Source: a virus
IMG/VR virus record: IMGVR_UViG_3300020442_002701
Coordinates: 5,090 to 69,089 of that record
Length of the DNA stretch: 64,000 bases
Strand: one strand, 5' to 3'
This document shows positions 10,816 through 18,655 of this stretch, piece by piece (the first letter of the stretch is position 1; each line of letters opens with the position of its first letter). The notes beneath the pieces are model-generated. The model was not told where the DNA came from and searched no databases. It worked only from the letters and a program-made list of their open reading frames with translations. A program made the translations under genes and the position numbers.

Positions 10816-11107
10816 ATTCTCTCTCGCCTCTAAGAAGTTCTTTTGTTTCTGCTAAATCCTTGGCTATTTTTGCATAGTTTGCTTCTACATTGGAAAGGTA
10901 ATTAACTAGATTAAACATTTGCCATACAGTCCATGTCCAGAATGCAACAGAAATTAAACCAAATGCAATTAATATACAATGTAATACACGATCTTCAGTT
11001 CCATCTATAATGAAGTCTGAAATAATCAATGTAAAAAGTGCAAGGATAGGAAGTGATACTGATGCAGCTTGCCATACTTGTATTTGTTTTTTAAACTTTG
11101 GTATCAA
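10766..11107 (-). CDS. Two-TM membrane protein
   Basis: Two hydrophobic helices plus coiled coil. Confidence 0.65.
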   Translation of the reverse strand: MIPKFKKQIQVWQAASVSLPILALFTLIISDFIIDGTEDRVLHCILIAFGLISVAFWTWTVWQMFNLVNYLSNVEANYAKIAKDLAETKELLRGEREYVGVRQRRKSTKTKRK

Positions 11108-11183
11108 GACAACTTCCTTTCTTTTGCAAAATTACTTTGCCAAGTATTTACTATTTAACATGTATGGGGGGTTGGTTTACGAC

Positions 11184-12284
11184 CTAACTTGATATCTGAC
11201 CGAATGTTTGCCATTCGCCCGGAGTTCCGCCTCTAATACATATCCAACCCACGTAGCTAGATGCTTGTGGATTGTCGTTCCAGATTATGTCGCCTTTAGC
11301 ATAATTGCCTTGGGTAGGTATGCCGTCACCAACTTCGAATTTTTTACTTTGTATTCTTACTGGTCCTGCTGTTGTAAGAGCAACATCTTCTTCGTAGTTC
11401 TTTACTCCGATACCTAGTGTACCAATAATACTAACTTTATCATTAAGTTGTATATTGCCTTCTGCAGCAATTTGAATCCTTGTAGTATCATCAGTGACTA
11501 TTTTTAAATTAGAGGTGCTCCATGTACCTACCTTAAATTCGCGATCATCTGCCGCAATAATAAATTCATGGTCCATAGATCCTATGCTTAAATCACCATT
11601 AGGTGCATCTATGCCAATACCTAATCGCATAGAATCATTATCCCAGAACAAATATTCACCAACTGTTAAATTACCAGCAACCTTTAGCGATTGTAAAGTG
11701 CCTACTTTTCTAAGATTACTTTTAACTACTGCTGGACCTAACTCTGTTTCTGCTAGTACACTTGCATTGTTAATTTTATAATCTTTTCCGTTTTGTAAAT
11801 CAATTGATTCTGAGCTGAAAAATCTATCTTCGCCCTCTCTAAACATTAGTTGGCGGGTAGGACCAGCGCCTGACCATATAAGCCCTTTATTATATGGTGG
11901 CTGATTGTTCTCGCCTTTAAATTCTAATGGAGTCGTTCTTTCAGTACGTGTATCTGATGTAAGTTCGTCTACATGAAGTTTACGAGCAGTTATCTCACCT
12001 TCTACTTTAAGATTACCGTCAATATGTAAAGGATTACATATATTTTTTACAGAAATGGATTCAACAACAATTTTATCATTTTCTACTGTTAAAATTGGTT
12101 CACCAGCATAAGTTGCATTGTCTTTGATTCCTGTACTAGCAAAATTAGCTATTTTGCCACCATTTATCTTATTGCCACTTATGGATCTGTCTGTTATGTC
12201 TAAAGCAGGTGCAGGTGCATTTAAAATCTCTTGATTGATTGTATCGCCTAGATCTGCTAGTATCTTGTGTAACTTCTCGCTCAT
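11184..12284 (-). CDS. Beta-rich probable virion (tail fibre-like) protein
   Basis: GNLKVEGEI, RLGIG repeats, C-terminal KGDIIWN..GWIC..GTPGEW; GATAAATA upstream. Confidence 0.6.
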   Translation of the reverse strand: MSEKLHKILADLGDTINQEILNAPAPALDITDRSISGNKINGGKIANFASTGIKDNATYAGEPILTVENDKIVVESISVKNICNPLHIDGNLKVEGEITARKLHVDELTSDTRTERTTPLEFKGENNQPPYNKGLIWSGAGPTRQLMFREGEDRFFSSESIDLQNGKDYKINNASVLAETELGPAVVKSNLRKVGTLQSLKVAGNLTVGEYLFWDNDSMRLGIGIDAPNGDLSIGSMDHEFIIAADDREFKVGTWSTSNLKIVTDDTTRIQIAAEGNIQLNDKVSIIGTLGIGVKNYEEDVALTTAGPVRIQSKKFEVGDGIPTQGNYAKGDIIWNDNPQASSYVGWICIRGGTPGEWQTFGQISS

Positions 12285-12295
12285 GTAAGTATTTA

Positions 12296-13591
12296 TCAGT
12301 TTACTTTGAGAAGCAATGTATCTGGATTACACCTACCATTTAATTTTGTGTCTATGGTTTTGATATCATCTAAAAAAGTACGCAGTTTTACCTTCCCTGA
12401 AGACTTAAAAGTCTGTAGTTGTTCATCAGGTTTACGTAAAGTTTTTTGTATACTTTTTTCTTCATCAAAACCAATAATAGTAGTGCCTTTCACACTTAGT
12501 CCTGTGCCTTCACGTTGTTGTCCTTGCGGATCAATATTTTTTGCTATGTACTTTCCTATTTTACGTGTTTTAATATTAAACACCCAAAGCTCGTTTGCTT
12601 TAACAATTTGGTCAGGCATGATACTGGCGATTTTATATTTGTCGTTTGTCTTACAATATTTTAATTTTTCTACAAGTTTTGTAGCACTTTTCGGTTTTGC
12701 CTTCCTAGGTTTACGTGTTGCTTTAGCACTATCAATAACAAAATCTAAAGCTAAGATTAAATTGTCTATTGCATCTGTATACTTTTTAATATCAGCTTTT
12801 TTGTAATGTCCGTACCCTTCTTTTAACTGGAGCCACATATCTTGTGTATGTTCGTCCATTTTCTTCAATTGCCCGCTCGTAGGATATCTTTCTAGTTCTT
12901 TAAAATCATCTAAAGCATTTTCGTAGAAAGTTTTTATTTTCCTTGCATGTGCCTGTGTAACATTTTTATTTTGAAAATGCTTTTTAAAATCAAACCCTTT
13001 TGGGTCGAAAGACTTTGGGTCAACTAACCAACCTTCTAACCATTCTTCTAGTGCTTCTGATTGTGCATATGCTTGGTCACGTATACGTTCTTGTATACTA
13101 GGTTTATACACATTTTCTAATTTCTTTTCTTCTGCTTTCTTTTCTTTGACAATACCACTACCTTCACTGATTAATTCTTCAATATTTTTTCGCATCCATT
13201 CTGTTGAAGGACGAATTCTACCCATAGTGCCAGCAAGTGTTTGCCAATAATCATCTTCTTTCTGATTAAAATCAGGACAGCCATCTGTTAACATTTTAGC
13301 ACTGATACAAAGTGTATGTCCTATACGCCAATTAGGTAATGACTTGAGAGCTTTTATATCTGCTTTTGTGTATTCTTCGTTTGTAGACATCCAAGCATAT
13401 AAGTGAGGATGTAATTCAACTGCTTTGAAATTAGTATAGTACCAATCTCTTGTCGCACTTTTAAATCTATGAAACTTCTCACCATCCCATTCTTCCCAGC
13501 CATCCCATTTAGGAGCCTGAGACTTATTTACTTTAGGGCGTGAATATCTAGTGGCTTTTTTCTTTTTAGTTTTAATTGATTTTAAACTCAT
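12296..13591 (-). CDS. Large basic hypothetical phage protein
   Basis: 431-aa ORF behind a sigma70-type promoter. Confidence 0.7.
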   Translation of the reverse strand: MSLKSIKTKKKKATRYSRPKVNKSQAPKWDGWEEWDGEKFHRFKSATRDWYYTNFKAVELHPHLYAWMSTNEEYTKADIKALKSLPNWRIGHTLCISAKMLTDGCPDFNQKEDDYWQTLAGTMGRIRPSTEWMRKNIEELISEGSGIVKEKKAEEKKLENVYKPSIQERIRDQAYAQSEALEEWLEGWLVDPKSFDPKGFDFKKHFQNKNVTQAHARKIKTFYENALDDFKELERYPTSGQLKKMDEHTQDMWLQLKEGYGHYKKADIKKYTDAIDNLILALDFVIDSAKATRKPRKAKPKSATKLVEKLKYCKTNDKYKIASIMPDQIVKANELWVFNIKTRKIGKYIAKNIDPQGQQREGTGLSVKGTTIIGFDEEKSIQKTLRKPDEQLQTFKSSGKVKLRTFLDDIKTIDTKLNGRCNPDTLLLKVN

Positions 13592-13663
13592 GACTTGCTT
13601 TCTACTAAGATGTTATATATTTACTATATAGCCGTTAAATTGAAAAGTCAAGTATTTTCGACT

Positions 13664-14047
13664 TTATTCGTGTTCGCCGCCAGGATCACCAGCTGGTAAT
13701 TGAACTTTATGAGCTGTACCATTTTTATCTCTATAAATGGTATACATTCTTCCTCGGCCATGTGAATGGTATCCTTTTCTAAATTCAAACACAGACGGTT
13801 TATGTTCTGCTATTTTAAATGTGCCTACAGTAATCACAACTGCGGCAACCAAAGCAACGTGTGCCAATGCACTAATACCAAATGCCATAACACTATCTGC
13901 AATCAAAATGGCAAATACTGCTGACCACATGAATGCAAGAACTTGCATTATCATATGCCTAACTTGTAGATCTGGAATATTCTTTAAAGGATTTACTTCT
14001 GCATCCATTACATGATTCCAACAATCATAAATCCATTTTCTCATCAT
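13664..14047 (-). CDS. Membrane protein
   Basis: Two TM segments, AGGAG RBS. Confidence 0.7.
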   Translation of the reverse strand: MMRKWIYDCWNHVMDAEVNPLKNIPDLQVRHMIMQVLAFMWSAVFAILIADSVMAFGISALAHVALVAAVVITVGTFKIAEHKPSVFEFRKGYHSHGRGRMYTIYRDKNGTAHKVQLPAGDPGGEHE

Positions 14048-14053
14048 ACTCTC

Positions 14054-14185
14054 CTAAGATACCTGTACTGCAATATAAATGCATAATGCAATAATAGTTA
14101 ATTTACCATAATCTAGATCTGCGGCTGTACCTTCTCCGTATTTCTTTTTAAATGCTTCTATTGTATTTTTCATTTTTTGCTCCAT
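14054..14185 (-). CDS. Small membrane protein (43 aa)
   Basis: MEQKMKNTIEAFKKKYGEGTAADLDYGKLTIIALCIYIAVQVS; coupled start/stop. Confidence 0.6.
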   Translation of the reverse strand: MEQKMKNTIEAFKKKYGEGTAADLDYGKLTIIALCIYIAVQVS

Positions 14186-14262
14186 TAAAAATCTCCATCT
14201 ATACCATTAATTGTAAAAGTTTTACCTTTGTAACCTTCATCCATTTTTTCAATGTCTGTCAT
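14185..14262 (-). CDS. Small protein (25 aa)
   Basis: GGAG RBS then MTDIEKMDEGYKGKTFTINGIDGDF. Confidence 0.5.
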   Translation of the reverse strand: MTDIEKMDEGYKGKTFTINGIDGDF

Positions 14263-14290
14263 TTTTTCTCCGCCTTTACGTTCACGGGGA

Positions 14291-15628
14291 TTAAATTTTT
14301 TCTCCTGCTTCGAATCCTCTAAAGCATTTGAATCTTGGGAACCTGAGACTATACGTTTCAGAATCTTGAGACTGCGTTCTAGCATCTGCCCTTATTTCTA
14401 CTAACTGACCAATGAGACTATCACGTTCAGCCCAGTACTCATCACGTTGAGCATCAGTGAAGCCGCTCCCACAGTTAAGGCGATAATTGTATCCATCATC
14501 TTCTCCTTCTACTATTACGGCACCTAGTCTACCTTCATTACGGCCTGTGCCTTCTTCAACCGCAACAACTTTCAAACTTACTTCAATAAATGGTTTGGCT
14601 TTTAACCAACTGTGTGTTCTTTTACACTCATATGGCGCATTAGGATCTTTTATCATAACCCCTTCATAACCACCGTCTACAGCCGCTTTATTTAAGCCTA
14701 CAAACGTCTTTTGTCCCTCTTGGGTGTCTAAGTCTACCACTGTGTGATCTAAGACGTCTACGTGCTTTAAAATAGCTTTATTTTGTTCTACCCAATGTGA
14801 TACTAATTCTGTTCTTTCAGACTGTGGTTTATCCCATTTACCTTTTTGGAATTCAGATAATGGACACAGATCAAATAAATGGAGAACTGCGTCTTTTGAC
14901 TGCTTTCCATCTTTCCTATGTACTTGCTTCATTAGGTCCTGAAAGTTGGCACTCATTACTTCTCCATCTAACACAAGATCATATGGTGCTGGTGAAGTTT
15001 TAAGTACTTCTTCAATTTCCTCAATGATATGTCCAAAATTATGAAACTGTTTGCCATTACGGCTGAACATTTCAACTTTACTAAATTTTCCGTGACTAGT
15101 ATCGCCTTGAATAATAGTAATGACCCTTACACCATCTAACTTGACTTCTACTTGCTTTTTACCAATCATTTTCTTTTCGTGATTAGCACTATCATGTGCA
15201 AGTGGACAGGTAAAGATAGGAATACTATATTGTTGAAAGTTTTTTGCAACTTTGTTTACAGTTTTTTCACTCACTCCGCAACGTAAATCTTTAATTAAAA
15301 TTCTTCTGTAAAATTTATTCCATTGATCCATAGTAGCAATATCTCTTGTAAGTAATATTGCATCTCTTGCATCATGACCAGTTAGCCATCTGTTATGTAA
15401 CTTTTCTGCTAGTTCTTTAAATACTTCCCATTTAAGCCCTTGCCCGTCAACTTTTGAATCTGGAACTTGCTTTACGCCAAATGTGTATAGCGGGTCCAAA
15501 GCCATTTTAACGCCCTCGAAAAATTCGTCAAGACCTTCTTGCATTGCGTCTTTAAGTATCGCTTCTTTCGCTAATCTTGAATTGTTAACCTCTAATTGAT
15601 CTATGATATCTTGTGGTTGTGTTCTCAT
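14291..15628 (-). CDS. ATP-dependent DNA ligase
   Basis: KLDGVR, LDGE, EGVMIKD, WLKAKP, SLRFPRF. Confidence 0.96.
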   Translation of the reverse strand: MRTQPQDIIDQLEVNNSRLAKEAILKDAMQEGLDEFFEGVKMALDPLYTFGVKQVPDSKVDGQGLKWEVFKELAEKLHNRWLTGHDARDAILLTRDIATMDQWNKFYRRILIKDLRCGVSEKTVNKVAKNFQQYSIPIFTCPLAHDSANHEKKMIGKKQVEVKLDGVRVITIIQGDTSHGKFSKVEMFSRNGKQFHNFGHIIEEIEEVLKTSPAPYDLVLDGEVMSANFQDLMKQVHRKDGKQSKDAVLHLFDLCPLSEFQKGKWDKPQSERTELVSHWVEQNKAILKHVDVLDHTVVDLDTQEGQKTFVGLNKAAVDGGYEGVMIKDPNAPYECKRTHSWLKAKPFIEVSLKVVAVEEGTGRNEGRLGAVIVEGEDDGYNYRLNCGSGFTDAQRDEYWAERDSLIGQLVEIRADARTQSQDSETYSLRFPRFKCFRGFEAGEKI

Positions 15629-15697
15629 TTATGCCTCTTGTTTATGCCTAATTAATAACTTATTATAACACAAAATACATAAAGGTCAACCTTTTTT

Positions 15698-16330
15698 TTA
15701 AATATTCGGAGAATCTTGTATTGGAGGAGGCGGAGCAGGATTTACACTTATATTGGTATTTATAGTTATCCTTGGTTCATCATTGTTGTTTTTTCCGGTC
15801 CTATGTCTAATCCATCCTGGAAAAATTACAACATCTCCTGTTTGTACTTCAATAGGCCTCCAGCCATTAAAGCCAGCACTTCTACGTGTATTTTCCCAAT
15901 GATAAAATAACGGGTTTTCTATTTCTAAATTACCACTATCCTTAGGCACATCTAAATACAAAACCATTACCTGATCAACTCTGCTATGAGTATGGATATC
16001 TGTCCATGCTCCTTTAGGATGGTAATTTGCCCAACTTCTTTCTATTCCTCTTAAATTTGAGTCAGTGTATCCCCAGTGTTCCCAAATTTCATGACTAGGT
16101 AACTTAGCCCATTCAAAAAAATCTTGTGCTTCTAGCCATGTATGAGGCATCTCTGTTGCACTTGATGAACTAGCACCACCATCTCTTTCAAGACCCGCAT
16201 TTAATTGGTCGCTTGCATTTAAAAACTCTAATGTTTTACGGCGTAGATCTGTTAAATCTCCGGGATATTTTCCTATCCATAAAGGATTTGCAAATATGTC
16301 TGCGGTCTTCCAACTTTCAATTTCATCCAT
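15698..16330 (-). CDS. 2OG-Fe(II) oxygenase (TIGR02466-like)
   Basis: HTH...IFPGWIRH...RITI. Confidence 0.85.
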   Translation of the reverse strand: MDEIESWKTADIFANPLWIGKYPGDLTDLRRKTLEFLNASDQLNAGLERDGGASSSSATEMPHTWLEAQDFFEWAKLPSHEIWEHWGYTDSNLRGIERSWANYHPKGAWTDIHTHSRVDQVMVLYLDVPKDSGNLEIENPLFYHWENTRRSAGFNGWRPIEVQTGDVVIFPGWIRHRTGKNNNDEPRITINTNISVNPAPPPPIQDSPNI

Positions 16331-16906
16331 TTATTTTTCCTTGTTTATAATTTGTACGTTTATTGTCATACTTATTCTTTCTTCATCGGAATCATTTATT
16401 TCTACTTTATGCATCATCCAACCTGGTATAATTATGACATCTGAAGTTTCAGCAGGAATAGTTTTCCAAAATTTTGTATCTGGATTATTTTGCCAATGAT
16501 ACATCATAGGATTTAAAACTTGTAAATTACCAGTGTTTTTCTTTTTTTGTAAATAAAAGACAACGGTCATAACATCGTTAGGATGAGTATGTTCTAGTAA
16601 ATAATCATTTTTTGAATTATAATTGATCCAACTTTTAAATCTTAAATCTTGATAAGGTTCTAATTTTAAATCCCAGTCTTGCCACACAGTCTGAAACCCT
16701 TTACTAAACCATTGATTGAATTCATCTAACTCTGGCCAATCGTGCGGATAATCTTTTGTGTTGTATTTCTGTGTATGTCCAGCAAGTTTTTTTGTAGTTA
16801 CATTTTTATCTGACTTGAAGTTGTCAGCCTTAGATAATATCTTATCTATTCGACCCGGAAATGTACCTTTCCAAACTGGATCTGGAAATATCTTTATAGA
16901 ACGCAT
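16331..16906 (-). CDS. 2OG-Fe(II) oxygenase (TIGR02466-like), tandem paralog
   Basis: HTH...IIPGWMMH...RISM. Confidence 0.85.
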   Translation of the reverse strand: MRSIKIFPDPVWKGTFPGRIDKILSKADNFKSDKNVTTKKLAGHTQKYNTKDYPHDWPELDEFNQWFSKGFQTVWQDWDLKLEPYQDLRFKSWINYNSKNDYLLEHTHPNDVMTVVFYLQKKKNTGNLQVLNPMMYHWQNNPDTKFWKTIPAETSDVIIIPGWMMHKVEINDSDEERISMTINVQIINKEK

Positions 16907-16932
16907 ATTGTATTTAAGGTATAAGTATTAAC

Positions 16933-17097
16933 ATGGATGACAAACTGAATTATTACACACAACGTGAATGGGATAGAGTTGTTGGTATTGGCAAAGTGCC
17001 GCCAGAATATCAACATCCAGATGAAAAAGAATGGTCAGGGCAGGAGGATTCGAACCTCCGATCTCCTGCTCCCAAAGCAGGCGCTTTACCAGGCTAA
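16933..17097 (+). CDS. Small protein (54 aa) whose 3' part overlaps tRNA-Pro antisense
   Basis: MDDKLNYYTQREWDRVVGIGKVPPEYQHPDEKEWSG..., 5 nt after TATAAGTA. Confidence 0.45.
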   Translation: MDDKLNYYTQREWDRVVGIGKVPPEYQHPDEKEWSGQEDSNLRSPAPKAGALPG

Positions 17098-17108
17098 GCT
17101 ATGCCCTG
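17032..17108 (-). tRNA. tRNA-Pro(UGG)
   Basis: CAGGGCA/TGCCCTG acceptor, CCTGC-TTTGGGA-GCAGG anticodon arm, GGTTCGAATCC, encoded CCA. Confidence 0.97.
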
Positions 17109-17109
17109 T

Positions 17110-17203
17110 TGGTGGTCCCGGTGGGATTCGAACCCACATCGCTCTCTAATCTGGAGACTGTGCCGAGTATAAGCCGGGTGTTTTACCGTTAAACTACAGG
17201 ACC
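17110..17203 (-). tRNA. tRNA-Ile(UAU) with long variable arm
   Basis: GGTCCTG/CGGGACC acceptor, loop CTTATAC, extra arm TCTC-CAGATTA-GAGA, T arm GTGGG-TTCGAAT-CCCAC, ACCA. Confidence 0.88.
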
Positions 17204-17207
17204 ATTT

Positions 17208-17282
17208 TGGCATAGGTGCAAGGAATCGAACCCTGTCTTTCAGATTTGGAGTCTGACGTGCAACCATTAACACTTCACCCAT
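17208..17282 (-). tRNA. tRNA-Trp(CCA)
   Basis: ATGGGTG/CACCTAT acceptor, TCAGA-CTCCAAA-TCTGA, GGTTCGATTCC, GCCA. Confidence 0.95.
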
Positions 17283-17318
17283 AAAAAAAGCCCCTAAACA
17301 ATTTCTTGCTAGGGGCTT
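17283..17318 (-). terminator. Intrinsic terminator (attenuator) directly upstream of tRNA-Trp
   Basis: AAGCCCCTAGCAA-GAAA-TTGTTTAGGGGC then T7. Confidence 0.88.
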
Positions 17319-17360
17319 GTAAAAAAACTAACTATGAAAGTTAAGTCAAGACAAACCCCT
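17311..17360 (-). promoter_or_regulatory. Antiterminator helix
   Basis: AGGGGTTTGT (17360-17351) pairs 10/10 (one G-U) with ACAAGCCCCT (17320-17311, terminator 5' arm), enclosing inner hairpin GACTTAACT-TTCAT-AGTTAGTT. Confidence 0.78.
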
Positions 17361-17411
17361 CCCTATTATTATTGGGCACCAAAATATCGGCTGTGGTATA
17401 TTCTTGTTCAT
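17346..17411 (-). CDS. Attenuator leader peptide MNKNIPQPIFWCPIIIGRGLS
   Basis: AAGGAG 5 nt before ATG; ATA x5, CCA x2, CCG, TGG. Confidence 0.82.
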   Translation of the reverse strand: MNKNIPQPIFWCPIIIGRGLS

Positions 17412-17430
17412 GTTAGCTCCTTAATTGTCT

Positions 17431-17547
17431 TTATAGTGTAACACATTTATTTATATGTGTCAACCGAGATCTTAATTTAAAGTTGATCTTTTTTTTATGG
17501 TGCTCTGAAAACAAACGTTTGAAGCACCAGAGTGTGAAGTTGTCCAT
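17431..17547 (-). CDS. Small protein (38 aa) downstream of glutamine riboswitch
   Basis: GGGAG RBS; MDNFTLWCFKRLFSEHHKKKINFKLRSRLTHINKCVTL. Confidence 0.55.
   Translation of the reverse strand: MDNFTLWCFKRLFSEHHKKKINFKLRSRLTHINKCVTL
17435..17463 (-). promoter_or_regulatory. Sigma70 promoter with nested late promoter
   Basis: TTGACA-17-TACACT with TG extension; TATAAATA at 17455-17448 inside the spacer. Confidence 0.8.
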
Positions 17548-17571
17548 AACACTTCTCCCTAACGGTTAAAG

Positions 17572-17621
17572 TGCGTTCCTTCGCTCAATGCTACTTCCGT
17601 CCTATGATAGGATGAACGTAT
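17572..17621 (-). ncRNA. Glutamine riboswitch (glnA motif)
   Basis: CGTTC-A-TCCTA(TCA)TAGGA-CGGAAGTA-GC(ATTGA)GC-GAAG-GAACG: P1/P2/P3 junction with GGAAGTA..GAAG loop-E core; starts just after GATAAATA. Confidence 0.85.
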
Positions 17622-17637
17622 TGTATTTATCAAAGTT

Positions 17638-17738
17638 TGGCTCTGGGGGAAGGACTCGAACCTTCACGCTAAATATATTGCAGTACATTCAGCACACGTT
17701 AAACAGACGTGCATGTCTACCAATTTCATCACCCCAGA
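17638..17738 (-). tRNA. Non-canonical tRNA-Asn(GUU), 101 nt, long variable arm
   Basis: TCTGGGG/CCCCAGA acceptor, G73, CACGT-CTGTTTA-ACGTG, 10-bp extra arm, GAAGG-TTCGAGT-CCTTC, CCA. Confidence 0.85.
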
Positions 17739-17744
17739 TTAAAA

Positions 17745-18566
17745 CTACTTCTTATCTAAAGCGGCAATCATTCTAGTCATGCCTATGCCTCCGCCCACTC
17801 TTGGAAAGAAGTCAAATTCTAAAAACTTTTCAAGTTCTGCTTCTACTCTTTCTTTACCGAACAGTTCGAACAATAGTTTTGCATATGCACCGTCTGTGAT
17901 TGTGTGGAATGTATCACGCATCATATCAACATCACAACTACGTTCTGCTGATCCTATTGTTTCCATACCGCCTAGTATCACATCAATTTTCTTACTTGTT
18001 GCTCCACCTTCGTATCTGCTCATATTCCAGAAAGGTGATGTCATCTCAGGGAAGTCTGTAATCATTGTGCTTCCAAAATTATTAAACATACTAATTTCAT
18101 GTGATGCTTCCATCTCTTGTGTAGGCTCCATTGCAAAATGTTCTTGCCATTCTGCATACGTTTTTTCTGTTGGTTTATCAAAGCCTAAGTGGTCACATAG
18201 TTCGTATTCCATCTTTTTTAGATCGTTTATGTCACCTGGCATTTCAAATTCAAACATTGGAAATATAATATCATGTCTGCCTGGAATTGCATTAGGTTCT
18301 TGCCTGTAGGAAGTGGAGACACAAAAAAACCCCTTACTATCGGGGCTACTTAATAATTCATGTTCTAACCACATCTGGCCTGTCTGCGGCAACGGCCACA
18401 CCTGGCCTGCGTAATTGTAAGTTGCTACATTGAATGGATCTTCACATGCGGCAAGTATGCTCAATCTGTTTTGAGTGTGTACTTCTTCAAAACCTTTATC
18501 CAAAAAAAATGACCTTAAAAGGCCAACTGTTTTTGTAAATTTACTTGGGGATATTAACTGCGTCAT
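17745..18566 (-). CDS. Class IIb (Asp/Asn) aminoacyl-tRNA synthetase paralog, catalytic domain only; possible asparagine synthetase
   Basis: Motif 2 SYRQEP..RH..F..FEFE, ETIGSAER, motif 3 PRVGGGIGMTRM; 273 aa, no N-terminal anticodon-binding domain. Confidence 0.85.
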   Translation of the reverse strand: MTQLISPSKFTKTVGLLRSFFLDKGFEEVHTQNRLSILAACEDPFNVATYNYAGQVWPLPQTGQMWLEHELLSSPDSKGFFCVSTSYRQEPNAIPGRHDIIFPMFEFEMPGDINDLKKMEYELCDHLGFDKPTEKTYAEWQEHFAMEPTQEMEASHEISMFNNFGSTMITDFPEMTSPFWNMSRYEGGATSKKIDVILGGMETIGSAERSCDVDMMRDTFHTITDGAYAKLLFELFGKERVEAELEKFLEFDFFPRVGGGIGMTRMIAALDKK

Positions 18567-18655
18567 TTTCTTTTTTCCTTGTTGTAGTTAAGTCAAAAAA
18601 AATTTCAGTCAAAAAAAAATTTGACCTATTTTTCTTATCAGATTATTTATCTTCT

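Noticed and set aside
17488-17496. In-frame A_AAA_AAG in the riboswitch-linked ORF
   Set aside because: -1 frame stops after 3 codons
17498-17529. Hairpin TGGTGCT...AGCACCA ending in CCA as a possible tRNA fragment
   Set aside because: No D or T arm; lies inside the 38-aa ORF
16964-17776. Track ORFs 16964-17149, 17094-17282 and 17588-17776
   Set aside because: Shadows of the tRNA genes
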